Source: Euprymna scolopes (taxonomy: Eukaryota). Taken from it: a stretch of 64,000 nt of DNA. Of the stretch, positions 1 through 12,649 are shown piece after piece (positions within the stretch are counted from its first letter, which is position 1; each line of letters begins with the position of its first letter). The DNA is taken from the NCBI GenBank assembly GCA_053919585.1, contig CM132790.1; one strand, written 5' to 3'. Under the pieces are notes generated by a model. That model searched no databases. It was not told the DNA's origin and saw nothing but the letters and a program-made list of their open reading frames with translations. The translations under genes were made by a program, and so were the position numbers.

Positions 1-400
1 ACAAAATCTGAATTAAAAAGTGTCTAATTACTAAGGAGAATTCATTTCTGTATGGAGGAGAAAAAAAGCAGGCCTAACTAAAATAGTAAAATAGAAAGAG
101 ACTTAGCACTTGCATCAGTCGATTTCTCAAATGTCCTCAATCATAAAAGAAAACAAATTAACTAACATTTTGTAAAGAGAAAACGGGGATCCTCAGCTGC
201 TTACTATGTAGTTGTTTAAGAGATTTAAAACAGGACAACTGTTAAATACATGGATGTCTAGTCGATAACACCATTACACCGATAAGAATACATCAAATAG
301 TAAAGTTACAATTTATACTAAAGTTTAAATAAATGAATAAATAAATAAAAATAAAAAATAATCTATTAATAAGTAAGTTTAAGAGTACAAACTCTAATCT

Positions 401-570
401 NNNNNNNNNNNNNNNNNNNNNNNNNNNNNNNNNNNNNNNNNNNNNNNNNNNNNNNNNNNNNNNNNNNNNNNNNNNNNNNNNNNNNNNNNNNNNNNNNNNN
501 NNNNNNNNNNNNNNNNNNNNNNNNNNNNNNNNNNNNNNNNNNNNNNNNNNNNNNNNNNNNNNNNNNNNNN
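401..570. other. Assembly gap (N-run); other gaps at 5045-5178, 7355-7483, 19406-19534, 30558-30708, 49501-49637
   Basis: Runs of n in the sequence. Confidence 0.99.
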
Positions 571-1379
571 GGAATCTGAATTGGGGATCAGAAAACTCGG
601 AACTTTTTGGGTTATCCAAATCGGTATCGCTATTTGAAAAATGTACATATTTCCGATACTAAAAACGATTCTTTAAATTATATACTTTTTAAAATTTTGT
701 TTAAAACATCTTTCATCGCTGGTATTAATGAAAAGTATTTGTTGATTTGCTCCCCTACTCTCTATATATAGCATCAGCCTTAATATATGTTTTTTATTTT
801 AGGAAAAATGTATGCATAGTTTTACTTAGTTTTTGCGGAAATCGGAAACAGCGTTCTATTGAAAATATATGAGATTTTACAAAAGAATCACAGTCGAAAT
901 CGGTAACTCTATCGAAATCTAGAATGTATTATCGAATCGGCAAATGCATGGGACCGCACTACCCTCGCGCTAACACATATGCACGCACTGACACACATTA
1001 AACAGAAAAAATCATGAAAATATTCACCAAATAGAATTAACACCTACCAGCCATGCGATAGACATTACACTAACCGATTGAACTCTTAAGCTGCCCCACT
1101 GGATACAACACATCTCATATTATCTTTTTTCTCAAAGGCATAATCGTGTTAGCAGAACAAAAAATGATATCCAAAAGGAAATTCTATAAACTTTTTACTC
1201 AAAAATACTTTTCGCTAAAAAAACTTTTAACAAACTATCTGAAAAGAGAAGGCTTTAAATGCTTTATGAAAACATTTAAAAATATAAAATGATAAAAGTC
1301 TTAAAACCTACAATTGTTACTGTCTACACACGGTTTAATATACATTTATTCTGGTTAGAACCACACAATCATTACTTTT

Positions 1380-1383
<4 letters not shown>

Positions 1384-1445
<62 letters not shown>
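1384..1445. repeat. Compound (TA)n(TG)n microsatellite
   Basis: Direct reading. Similar (TA)n tracts occur at about 2577-2638, 7185-7250, 9471-9537 (TC/TA), 20753-20804, 21678-21760, 21900-21962, 25030-25215, 30496-30530, 30760-30800, 36930-36972, 38508-38595, 40850-40905. Confidence 0.97.
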
Positions 1446-1446
<1 letters not shown>

Positions 1447-1457
1447 TACTGAGTCCG

Positions 1458-2070
1458 AATCTTTCGACTATGGTCTTAATCGTAACACACCCTGCACTGG
1501 AGATTCCCGAAAGGATTAAATACTACTGTATGTAGGTATTAAATTATTATAGTAAATAATTATGCCAGTCACTTTATGAAACAATTATCGTGGAGCAATC
1601 TCAGTTGAATTAAGTCGGCCCATTTATCTCTTATGGATTTATCATCGTATGATTATTACATCACTCTGACTGATGTAAAAAATATTTTAAAAAAATTTGT
1701 TTGATTTCAAAGTTATTTTACGCCGTTAATGGTAGACGAATGGTTACGGTCTTTGATACACAAGCCAGGGATGCCTTGTGTTGCCAAGTTTGAATCTATC
1801 GACTGGTCTTAATCGTGACACCCTGCACTGAAGATTCCCGAAAGTGTGAAACACTAATGTCCGTAGTTATTTAATAATTTTAGTAAATAATTATCTCAGC
1901 AACTTCAAGAAACTCGTTTCTTATCGTTGAACACTTTCAGTTGTATTAAGTCGGTTTATTTAGCTCTGATACATAGATCATCATATGATTATTATATCAC
2001 TCTGACTCACGTAAACACATGTAAAAATAAAATGATTAATTTCAACGTTATTTCACGCGGTTAATGGTAG
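1458..2070 (+). repeat. Diverged tandem direct repeat, period about 331 bp (copies about 1458-1734 and 1792-2070), each with a hammerhead-like motif
   Basis: Both copies share GAATCTwTCGACT..GGTCTTAATCGT.ACAC..CCTGCACTG.AGATTCCCGAAAG ... TAGTAAATAATTAT ... TATGATTATTA.ATCACTCTGACT ... GTTAATGGTAG. Confidence 0.9.
1822..1866 (+). ncRNA. Degenerate type I hammerhead ribozyme motif (a more decayed copy lies at 1491-1536)
   Basis: CCTGCA-CTGAAGA-TTCCC GAAA GTGT-GAA-ACA CTAA TGT-C-CGTAG. The CUGANGA, GAAA and GUC core is intact and stem III is ACA/TGT. In copy 1, stem I CCTGCA pairs with TGTAGG. Confidence 0.55.
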
Positions 2071-2576
2071 CAAGAAACAGAGATAGAGAGTCATAAAGAT
2101 ACACAGATGGATAGAGATATATACACACATTTGTATTGTATTGATACCACTGCATTATTTGAACAAAAAAGACTTCAATGGGAATAATGTAGCTATACAT
2201 CCATTGTAAGTTTGCGTGCAAACATTGGTGTCCCTTGTCCGAATAATATGTATATCTTTAGTTTCTTTTTTGTTGTTGTTAGTCGAATAGCAAATAGAAG
2301 TCGTTTACTAAAATTTTCGTTTCATCTTGCATGCTTTTATATTTTATACTTGCTGCTATTTATTGGTGAAGAGGGACTATAAAGGAATGTAGCCCCTCAC
2401 GCGACCATTTATAGTGAACTTTAGTCAAATGGAAAACATTAAAATTCAAATGAGTTTAAAAGAAGAGAAACGGGCGAACTGACAAAGCAATCTATGACTG
2501 AATTAAAAAAAAAACTCTTTAGAATAGAAGTGTTATGAAGCTCAATTCAACAGAAATATTCTATAAGTAACGATTA

Positions 2577-2641
<65 letters not shown>

Positions 2642-3015
2642 AGAATATCGACATGTTGGGTTTTCTTTTTATGTGCTCGAATATAAATGCGTATGACTAT
2701 TATTTCTTCAGGTATTTTTCAATTGAGCGAAAAAAAATTTTTCAATTTAAATATTTGATCTTTTGCTATAAGCATGTCATAAGAATAATGCATATTTCTT
2801 TCTTTGTGTTGTAAATAGCTGAATTTTCATTTATTTTTTTATATTTTTATAGAAAGAGCTTAAGACCTTTTCTCCTGTGCTGATTAAAAATTAATGATCG
2901 AATAAAACTTGCTCTCTAGACGATTATGTTCAACTGCAACTCTTTCGCTTTTTCCTTCGATGATCTACAAAACGATTTACGCCCGAGAGCAGTTCTTTCT
3001 ATGTTGTTAACATAA

Positions 3016-3444
3016 TCTATACTACAAATCTCACCTGTTTGTTTATATGTATGTGTGTATGTATGTATTATGTATTTTGTATATCTGCCTTAAATTAAGG
3101 CCACACATTTTCACACGATCGGTATCATTTTTAAGTTTGACGTCACGGACGACAAATATCCAAAGTTTGCCTAAAACATTAATGCCTGCACCCTCGACTT
3201 GGCAGTTTTCTACAATGAGGGTTTATTTTTGCGAGCCATTTTTGCAAATCCTTGTATCGGTTGGATTGATTTTGCCTAATTTTTACGTTCTAAACTTCCG
3301 GTCGTATCATAGATTAGCGGTAAGACGTGAGATTTTCTTTCATTTCTTATCCGCCTTTGCGTTACAATTTCTATCCTGCCTGCCTACCGCCATTTTTTTT
3401 CATACACCTCTAAACACCTGAGTAACGCCGAACACTCAGGCTAG
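3016..3444 (+). mobile_element. Non-autonomous Helitron-like element
   Basis: Starts TCTATACTAC after an A, followed by a GTAT microsatellite. Ends in hairpin CCTGAGT-AACGCCGAAC-ACTCAGG directly followed by CTAG then T. A|T insertion with no TSD. Confidence 0.7.
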
Positions 3445-3499
3445 TAGATAATAAAAAGTTTTCTGAAATTCTGATATATGTTTGTTTTACGGTATTTCA

Positions 3500-4280
3500 A
3501 ATGCCATAGAGGCATTTTATGATGGAGCAATACGCATATTTACGGAGTGTATCTTTACGTGCCTGATCGGTGCTTTCAATAATTTCCCACACGTTTTGCT
3601 TATGGATTTTTTTTAATTGATAGTACACATATTCATGTTTAGTCCGAATCAAAATTATCTCCTCCGGCTGTAATGTATTTCTTGTACCGTTCTAAAAATT
3701 TCTGAAAAGACACTATAATTCTTATTATGTGAGAGTGTCAATTACCTTCGCCACAGCCTCATTCATCTTTTCAATTTTCTCATAGCAACAGGTTCCAAAT
3801 TTTTTTTTAGATTAGCAAATAACCGAAAGTTCAAACACACCTTTTTGCCACTGAACGAGAAAGAGGGTGAGGAACTTTGTTAATGCCAACTTTGGTCAAA
3901 TAGTCTATGACAATGTCAGAGTAACCTTGAAACACGCTTCCTGATCATTCTATGCATCTAAGTTTCATCGCGAATAATTGTGTACAGGTCTGTCACTAAC
4001 ATCAAACTGTACGCTTATTGTCTATAGACACACAGCGGTCCTTACCCATGAAATTCTTTATTTGGTGTTATGACATTCTTACGTCTATCACATCCCTCCT
4101 CATCACTCACAGACTCCCTGTTGTCCATGGATATCTTATGCCATACAAAAACTAATACTCGATTCATGTAAGATGGTCACAAAGCAATCTGACGCATACT
4201 AAATGTTTAAAATAGACGTTTACTGAACACCGTTTTGTAAAAAATTACTCGCGTCAAGATTGCATTTTTGAAATACACCA
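3500..4280 (-). mobile_element. Decayed mariner transposase, N-terminal part
   Basis: Minus translation MNRVLVFVWHKISMDNRESVSDEEGCDR resembles the mariner HTH motif (VFEWHKRF..GRESVEDDERSGR). Shares DNA with the 19150-19400 copy (ATAGACACAC..CGGT.CTTA.C.ATGAAA). Confidence 0.65.
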
Positions 4281-4924
4281 GGTGTGACAATGAGACTTTA
4301 GTAGGGCGTACTTATTTTCCTGTGTAGCAGTTTAGTTGAACCTTAAATTTACCCTCAAAATAGTGTAAGTCTTTTCATTATATACAACAATGACATACTG
4401 CATTTTGAGAATCTAACACAAATATAAATTAGTGTACTAAAAACCTGGAAACTCATTCAAGGCACCTAGCATATTTTCTTGGCATATTGTGTATGAGCAA
4501 GTTTTGTATGCCCTATTGTAGATGCGCATTAACGGCTATTAATACTTGTGACACATTTAGTGCAACCATTATTCTATGGGAGTTAACTGTGCACCCCAAC
4601 TCTTCTAAATGATGTATTCGAAGCGCACCTATTGTGCTAGCTTAAATTATATACAAAGCATTGCCACAATGAAAGACTTTTGTTTTAATTATATATAAAT
4701 GCTCACTCATTATTCTATTTAAAGATCTTGGAGACACTTCATGTTAACAGAGGGAATGCTTCTTGAGTGTGAGCGTTATTAGACACTAGAATCGTTGCTT
4801 TATTGTAATCGTTTCCTCTATTTTTTTTCTTCCAACCACCATACAAAACTTAAAACCATGATTTTATTTAAAACTGTACATATTTTCGACTCTCCCTTCT
4901 GTTAACCCATACATCCTTCGAGAC

Positions 4925-4958
4925 AGCTTTGAGAAAGCGAGCGCGAAACCAGTCAGCT
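4925..4958 (+). ncRNA. Minimal type I hammerhead-like motif with U3-A8 core variant
   Basis: AGCT-TTGAGAA-A-GC GAGC GC-GAAAC CA GTC-AGCT: stem I AGCT/AGCT, stem II GC/GC, GAAA, GUC cleavage triplet. Confidence 0.55.
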
Positions 4959-5499
4959 TACATACCTTCATTTTTCTCTCTTTTGCTCTTCAACACGTTC
5001 ACTTTCTTTGAAAACGTTTTCATCATAAATTATAGAAGTCTTCTNNNNNNNNNNNNNNNNNNNNNNNNNNNNNNNNNNNNNNNNNNNNNNNNNNNNNNNN
5101 NNNNNNNNNNNNNNNNNNNNNNNNNNNNNNNNNNNNNNNNNNNNNNNNNNNNNNNNNNNNNNNNNNNNNNNNNNNNNNTCAGTTATAAGATATTATTACC
5201 AACTCTTCTAAAACCGTAATAAAATGACGCCGGACGTAGTATTTATAATTTTATCTTGCTGACTAGAAGTTACTTGTGTAATTTGTTTTATTAATTAAAT
5301 TTAATGTCTATCGTCTCATTTAATTTGTAATACTATAATAGATCATTGTACTATCCAATCAACCCCCGCTTATTTTTTTAAAATAAATAATTAGCATATA
5401 TACACTTTGTATTGCGATAGAAAACCCTTAACACGGATTAGTTAAATGACTTAACAAAGCTCATTACCTTTTTCACATTCTAAACAAAATCAACAAAAA

Positions 5500-6935
5500 A
5501 GATTCTGTTATGAGAGGATGTATATAGAGACCCCAATAGAGATCTAGATAACACGTAGTATATTTTCCATAGTTTTGTTTCATAGAGAACGACCTAAGTA
5601 TAACGATTTTACATTAATGATAAAGTAAGTGGCATTCTAAATATTACTCTGAAACTAAAATAGCAATACATAGAGACAATAAAATGAACCAAATGGAAAA
5701 GATTATAAAAGTAATCACCCGGGCTCAATCAATAAAGCTATTATCTCTAGTTTCTCTCAAGGAATATCGAGAGTTTCTTAAACGTAACATATGTTTTGTA
5801 GAAGCAACGACTGTTTTGACGAAACATTAATCACCATAAAGCACTTCAACAAAATCATATTATAGATGAACCCAATGAATCAAGGGCGCAAGGTGTTAAA
5901 ACATAAAAAACACAATCCAATGGTATATAATATAATATGGTTATGAGAAACCCAAGACCTATTAATCTAAAACTAATATAATAAAAATATCTCTAATCAC
6001 ATCAATAGAAACATAATAATAGAAGCATTCTTAGAACGAGGTATAATACGAAAACAATATGTAGAAAATGTATACCGTTTAATCAGCCTTAAATTGCGCA
6101 AATGATGAGTAAGATACCAAAATAAAATTTACGGGATTTCTATAAAAAAAAACTCTTTTCCAGATTTGTAGCTTATTTAAATTCTTTAAAAAAACGCAGT
6201 GAACTTATTCATATCAAATTTTATTGATTAAGCTAAATCCAAAATAAGTTCAATTAAAGAAGGTGGGAAAGATATCAGTAAGAATGAAGACGAAGAACCG
6301 CGTTGTTATCGTAAAAACACTAATGGGTGCTCCTAAAAAGGTAAATGCATTATTGCAAACATCGTATAAAAGTGTAAAAAGTAAAACAGAACTATAACAT
6401 GCATTATATACACACGCGCGCACACACACTCACACGCACACACGCACACACGCACACACACACACATATATATATTTATATATTTAGGCAGCATTTTTTC
6501 TCTATGGTATATTTCATTGAATAAAGTATACGTTTTTTTTGTTCTCTATTAATTTTATTATCGATCCTGGTGGGAACTGCCCAGTGTAATCCCCATATTA
6601 ATCAAAGATCCAAGTACTTTCCAATCCTTCAGGATTCACAGTCATGCATGAATATATGTTACTGCTTTGAAAGAATTTATAATATTTATTTAATTTTTTT
6701 TCTCTTTTGATGGTCAATTATTTTATCCTTTTTTTCATTGATTAAAATTAATAGCATCCTGACATATTTGCAAAGCTATTAAAATTAATAACTCTACAAA
6801 CACTCCAGGATATTATTACTATATCTAAAGTGTATTTAATTAATAGTTGTTTTATTTTGAATTGTATTAAACGGAAACTTGAAATACAAGAAGCATTACT
6901 AATAAAATATAAAAAGAAAGCACTTATTAATAAAA
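5500..6935 (+). mobile_element. Highly decayed Penelope-like retroelement remnant (post-RT linker and GIY-YIG C-terminus)
   Basis: KRKLEIQEALLIKYKKKALINK at about 6868-6935 matches the Penelope C-terminal L.I.EAL.I....P.LN pattern. Weaker matches are ITRAQSI (5714) and NLKLI (5963). Flanked by hammerhead-like motifs. Confidence 0.4.
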
Positions 6936-7110
6936 TCTACTTGAGCAAGAGCCATAGTAATAACATGTTAAGAATTATATCAACATTCCTTGAGCAGATC
7001 TTCATTGTTATTACCGCTCCCTGCATAGCGCGAGTAGACTTAATTACCGACAATAACATTAGCGTTTATGCTCAATGTGAACAGTCTCTTCATTAAACAT
7101 CCTCTAAAAT

Positions 7111-7179
7111 TACCCTTTACTTTTTTTATATTTTGCGTAGCGTCCTGGACTTGATAAGCTTGGTCTTGATCGTAAAAAG

Positions 7180-7254
<75 letters not shown>

Positions 7255-7354
7255 CTCTAAAATAAAATAGCATCCCTTTTAAAGGATTAACATTTCTGGC
7301 GGTACCCTTTACTTTTTTTATATTTTGCGTAGCGTCCTGGGCTTGATAAGCTTG
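7111..7354 (+). repeat. Short direct repeat (7111-7161 and about 7302-7354) around a (TA)n tract; possible pLTR end
   Basis: TACCCTTT(T)ACTTTTTTTATATTTTGCGTAGCGTCCTGGRCTTGATAAGCTTG occurs twice; the second copy runs into an N-gap. Confidence 0.75.
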
Positions 7355-8299
7355 NNNNNNNNNNNNNNNNNNNNNNNNNNNNNNNNNNNNNNNNNNNNNN
7401 NNNNNNNNNNNNNNNNNNNNNNNNNNNNNNNNNNNNNNNNNNNNNNNNNNNNNNNNNNNNNNNNNNNNNNNNNNNNNNNNNNNGGTTAGAGAAATAAAAA
7501 ATAAAACGAGCAGTCATGTATGGTCGTGTAGCAATAATGGCAGAGACGTATCTACATATCTATTTATTAAACACACTTCCCTTTATCATACAAACATCAT
7601 CAAAGTAGCTGAAGTGTCCAGGGAAGATTTACAGTCTGTTGGCGGTATGGGACTTTAATTTATTTCGGGATAATTCCTCTTCTTTTGTAAGTGAAACAGA
7701 GGTGTTGTCCAAAATGACCGAAGGTACCAAATACGCAGCAAAACTTTAGTACCGCAGTCAGATATGAATAGTTTATTGTGTACGTAACTGGAAAGCATTT
7801 GTTACTGACTATTTTCGGCAATACTATATTATTTTTAACGTTATTACTATTTAGTTATTTTTCTTTCTTACGGATTGTACTTATATAGTCAAATTATTAT
7901 ATTATGATAATATAAATTATTTATTTTAATATTAGCAATGCAGCAAAATATAGTAACGCATTAAATTATGGTGCTATGAAAGTGACTTTATTTACATTTT
8001 ATCTTTTTGTTGTTTTTATATTAAGTTGCAAGTGAGCTAATTGGGCTTGGCTTCTTATATTTTTATTTTGTTTATATTTTATTATATTTATTTTTTTTGT
8101 TATTATTTATTTTTTCTTCTTCGTATTCACTATTTTCTAACTTAAGCTTCCATCTCTATCGCATCTTACGTTTTTCAATTCTTATTCAATCACTTATCTC
8201 TTTTTGCCTTTTATTTTGTATCTCTTTTTTATACTTATCTTTTTAATCTAATAATACATATAGATATTTTTTTGCACCCACTTCGGAGTAAGATAAAAT

Positions 8300-9450
8300 G
8301 TATCGGATCTCCAAAAAACAACACCCAGAATTATTTAACAGAAACTACCAACCCCTCATTACCGATAATTCCCTAGAACACTTTGTTATCGCCCCTGCAG
8401 AAGCTGAACAAAATTGGCTACGAAACTCTGTCTCATTCGGTATACTCTCGTTACCTATTTTTACTGATTATCATTTTTTCAACCATCTCGACAAATTTCT
8501 GTTTAAGTAATGCTGTAAACGCAGGCAGAGGACTGCGTCAAGAGTGTTTTATTTGGGGGCGGGTTTCAAATGGCACAACATTTTCTCCAACGACTTTGGC
8601 AACATATTTTATAAAGGGGTAGCATTTCAGATCAGGGGTGAACATCAGACCAAGAACATTGTCAAAGAAAGTAAATTAATTCAGACAAGAATCGTTCATA
8701 TAAATAAGAATTTAATTGGAATCTTAATGTTTGTTGTAAAAATATGGAAGCTTGCTTTTTTATTTGTAAAAATAACGACTTGTTGAATGGCAGAGAAAAG
8801 GGCAAAGAAATATATTGGTCGTTTTTGACCGTTGAAGTTTGCCATACACGTTCATGATGTTTTCAAATATGTCGTCATGTTAAATAAGATTGTGATTTGG
8901 GAAATCATTGATGAGGATAATAAACAGAATTAGGCCAAGACTTTATCATTGAGGCACGCAAGCGTTTATACTTATGGAAAACAGTCGATAACTTCGAAGA
9001 CATTCTCAGATACTCACCGTTTGAAAGCTTGCTTGTTAGACTTTTATGCTAAACCCTAGCAACGTTCATAGAGATGTAAAGAACTGATCAGTAAACCGCC
9101 ATCGAAGATTCACATATTCTATGTGAAATTACAATCATTACATCAGCTGTCGTGCTCGCAGATCGGAAACTATATTGGTTGCCACAGTGTATGTTACTTC
9201 TGCTATAGGGGTTCATATTTGTCAATTTAATACGCGGCAAAGAAACCAATTCATGACACACAAAAAATATTTAGTCTGTACTGAGGTAAAAAAAATACGC
9301 CGATCTCCAGCATTTTGATATTGACAGATTAATAAGATTTTTCCAATGTATGTGTAGATATTTCTCTTTTAGGCATCGTTTGAACAGCTTTAGAAAAATC
9401 AGTGCTAGTTTCTGTTGTAGCCTTCTCGTTACAAAACTGGAACATGGTCG
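8300..9450 (-). mobile_element. Decayed CR1/Jockey-type LINE reverse transcriptase fragment
   Basis: Minus strand at about 8960-8865 reads VPQ..SLGLILFIILINDFPNHNLI*HDDI, corresponding to GVPQGS.LGP.LF.IYINDLP...FADD. Confidence 0.65.
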
Positions 9451-9493
9451 AGACTGGTGTATTTATTTTTTCTCTCTCTCTCCCTCTCTCTCA

Positions 9494-9537
<44 letters not shown>

Positions 9538-9544
9538 TGATTTA

Positions 9545-9998
9545 TATAGATATATAAAATAAAATATCAGGTATGTATGTTTCTTTGTAGAAAGTAATTC
9601 ATAATTTGTAAACTAGAAACGCTTAAACAAGTATAAAATTTTCGGTATAATGGCAACAGCCCCGAGACTGTACTGTCCGTTTAATTACGTTTATAGATCT
9701 TTTTCCACATTTAGTAAAAGACATAATAAGGCAGTTTAATAAGTTAGTTATAAAGACAATGGATATTATATTCCAATGGATCAAATATGATTTTGTTCTT
9801 GATGACTAAGTTCGAGACATGTGTATTCTACTTTTAATATTATTACGTAATAGGTTTGTTTTAGTGGGGAAATATCAGTGGTAATAGTGCGGTAAACGGA
9901 TAATTGTTTATTATGTGTGTTTTTTAAGTCGATTTTATGTCGGGAAACGAAAATATGTGCATTAATTTTTTCTTCGAATATTCCAGCTTCTTACTAGT
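9545..9998 (+). mobile_element. Possible non-autonomous Helitron-like element
   Basis: Begins beside a TA tract with ATATATAAAAT..GTATGTATGT and ends TTACTAG|T; the 3' hairpin is degenerate. Confidence 0.35.
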
Positions 9999-10389
9999 AC
10001 TAAAACACGATCTAATTGTATAAAGTAGTTTCAATATGGGACAGATAGGTTATTATTAATTAAATCGTCAAAATTTGAGATGCATATAATTATTTATTTT
10101 AAAAAAGTAGATATCTCTCTCTCTCTCTCTCTCTCGATGTATATATATATAGATAAAGAGAGAGAGTGAGAGAGGGAGGGTGATAGATAGTTAGGTAGAT
10201 AGATAGATAGATACAGTGAGAGTTACGGAAAACAGAGGTTTGTAATAAATAACAACAGAATAAACGGCATCTTATTAGATATTAAGACAAGCTTCCTCCC
10301 TCATATCCCTTACTATTGGATGAAAAGAAGCTTTCTAATAAAAATACCAGTTTCCCGTGATTCACCCAGTATATATGCGTGTTATAAAA

Positions 10390-11250
10390 CTTATAATCCT
10401 CTCAGCTGTACCTATGCTTAATTAATAATTACTTGCTTGCGTTTATTGGTTAAAAATTCTATAACCAATGTTTCGCTCCATTGCACTTTCCTGGAAGGTG
10501 GACACCTTCTGCTATGCTCCTGGCATTCATAAACTCTGATAAGAGAACCGACCAACACAATTATCACCCTCTAATTTCCCTCTAGCTATTTGCTTAATTA
10601 ATCACTCTAAGGAAAGGCAAGCACAGTTTTTCCATCATCATTCCAGATCAGTTAGGTTCGTACTTCGCCAAATATCCTGCTGATAATCTTTAAATTCATA
10701 TATCATACACTATATAACGCAGAGAAAGCAACCTAGTAAAGATTGATAAAGTCAACATATTACAGGATTACTATTCAAAAAAATAAAGTTGCACAGACCT
10801 ACAGAACGAATATTTATATTATCGAGTTCCAAAAGGAAGGAATGACCCAAGCTTCACATCCAAACAAATTAGATTAATGCATTCTTCAATAAATGAACGG
10901 TTGTAATTATTGTACTATAGTAATGCGTATTTATTTTAACGATTTTAAGGAACCTTTTTAACCATTAAAAAAAAACTTACACTAATTTTCAAGTTTTAAA
11001 CAGTTACTGGTGAAATATGAAAGAAAACCAATGGACAAGTTTTTTTTGCAAATAGAGTTTGCTCCACCTATAGGGCAGAAAAAGTTCTACTCCTTACTTT
11101 CTCATATGTTTATCAAATTCCTACGTTCTATTATGTATACGAGCTGTCACACCATGAAGGCTGGTTCATCAACAGCAATAGTCGTCCTCTTAGACTGTGT
11201 GTAGAAATATCACTTTTATCCTTTAGGTCACTGCTGGTATTCCAGAATGT
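10390..11250 (+). mobile_element. Decayed, internally deleted CR1/Jockey-type LINE fragment
   Basis: KFYNQCFAPLHFPGRWTPSAMLLAFINSDKRTDQHNYHPL resembles the RT N-terminus (FP..WK...V.P.FKNSG.R.DP.NYRPI). RSIMYTSCHTMKAGSSTAIVVLLDCV resembles MEYCCHIWAG....L.LLDRVQ. Confidence 0.6.
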
Positions 11251-12649
11251 AATTGCTTGCATTTTAAATTTCAGTGTATATAACACTAATTTCTATATTC
11301 TTCCTTTTGAGTTTTATCATTTCATGACATTCCAGTAGTAAAGAACTGACGTCTCCTGGATATTGTTAAAGAATATGTATTCATGTTATTTTGTTTAAGT
11401 ATTTAAAAAGGTTCACATATTGTGACCAGCGAATAATTTCACTAACTCACTGTTTATGTTTTTTGTTCTGTTCGATCACTCATGGAAACTCTGTCCACAT
11501 TCCCAAGTCAGCCACCGTTATACTTATATAAAATCCAATTTAATTTTAATTTGTACAAAAAGATGGCAACTGCGATAATTTGGCTTCCGAACACAACACT
11601 GAAAGTGCGAGCGCCTCTAAGGTCGTCGTTTTGGCAGGCTTTTCTTATAAAAACCGCATCCCATTTGAATGTTTCGTTCGATATCTTCATTTTTAATTTC
11701 AATACAATTCAAAACATAGATTTGCCTTAATATTTCTATCTCATGATGCTCGTTACACTTTGGCATTCGTCCTATCTGCAATGCTCATTTACTGAATCGT
11801 GCGGCTTTATCATTTGTTTCGTAATTAAACTAAGAGATAAAAATGTAGTCGGCTTTACGGAATATAGATTAATCGATTATCTTGATTAATAATATAAAAC
11901 TTTAAAAAATGAAGTTTTTGTTTGAAAGAATAAATGTAAACATAGTGATAGACGATTAGAAAATAGCTATGCAATTAAAAAGACTAAATTGGTGTAACCT
12001 TTGTAACATAGCATGCATTATTAACTACTGTGATAATAGTAATCTCCTCGCAGTATAAAGCCTGGTTAACATAATACTTCGCCGAGCGGACAAAAAATTT
12101 ACACCAGTCTTGCTACGTGTCACTATCAAATAAAAACTGTTGTCTGCGTAGTGGTTGGAATTTAAAAATTAAGACACCTTTTTGTACATATTATACCGAG
12201 TTTGGGACTAATGTTCTCATTTCTACTTCGACTATTTAAATGATATATTGTCGAAATAAAACAATCAACGTGCCTTGGCAAAGTAGATATTGTATTTGGT
12301 GAATTAAGATAGATATTACCCACACCCGAAGAATAAAGTATTACTGCTCATATTCGAGCAACTCTAAAAGTACAACTAATTACTTTTATCAAGGTATGTT
12401 TGATAAAAAAAGGACGCGTTACGATAATCGATTAAATAAAGAATGCAGTCGAAATCGGTGCAGCTTCCCGAGTTGTACAGAAATATGTTTGCATTCGCAA
12501 GATATATGTGAAGAAGTTCGGAAGTTTAATCGTCCAGAACGTTATGCAATTAATAATCTGGATAGGCATAATTGTCCGGAGAATCCAAATATTAACAATC
12601 ATTCCCTATTTAAAAATACTAGGAAAATAAATTACGTCTTTATCACATT

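Noticed and set aside
293-648. ORFs containing X runs (also at 4.9, 7.3, 19.3, 30.5 and 49.4 kb)
   Set aside because: They are open only because they cross N-gaps
6286-6346. Short ATG-initiated stretch MKTKNRVVIVKTLMGAPKK followed by AAG|GTAAAT donor
   Set aside because: Too short, lies within a putative Penelope remnant, and no downstream exon was identified
11482-11730. Overlapping 64-82 aa ORFs in a GC-richer patch
   Set aside because: No recognisable domain or consistent splice structure
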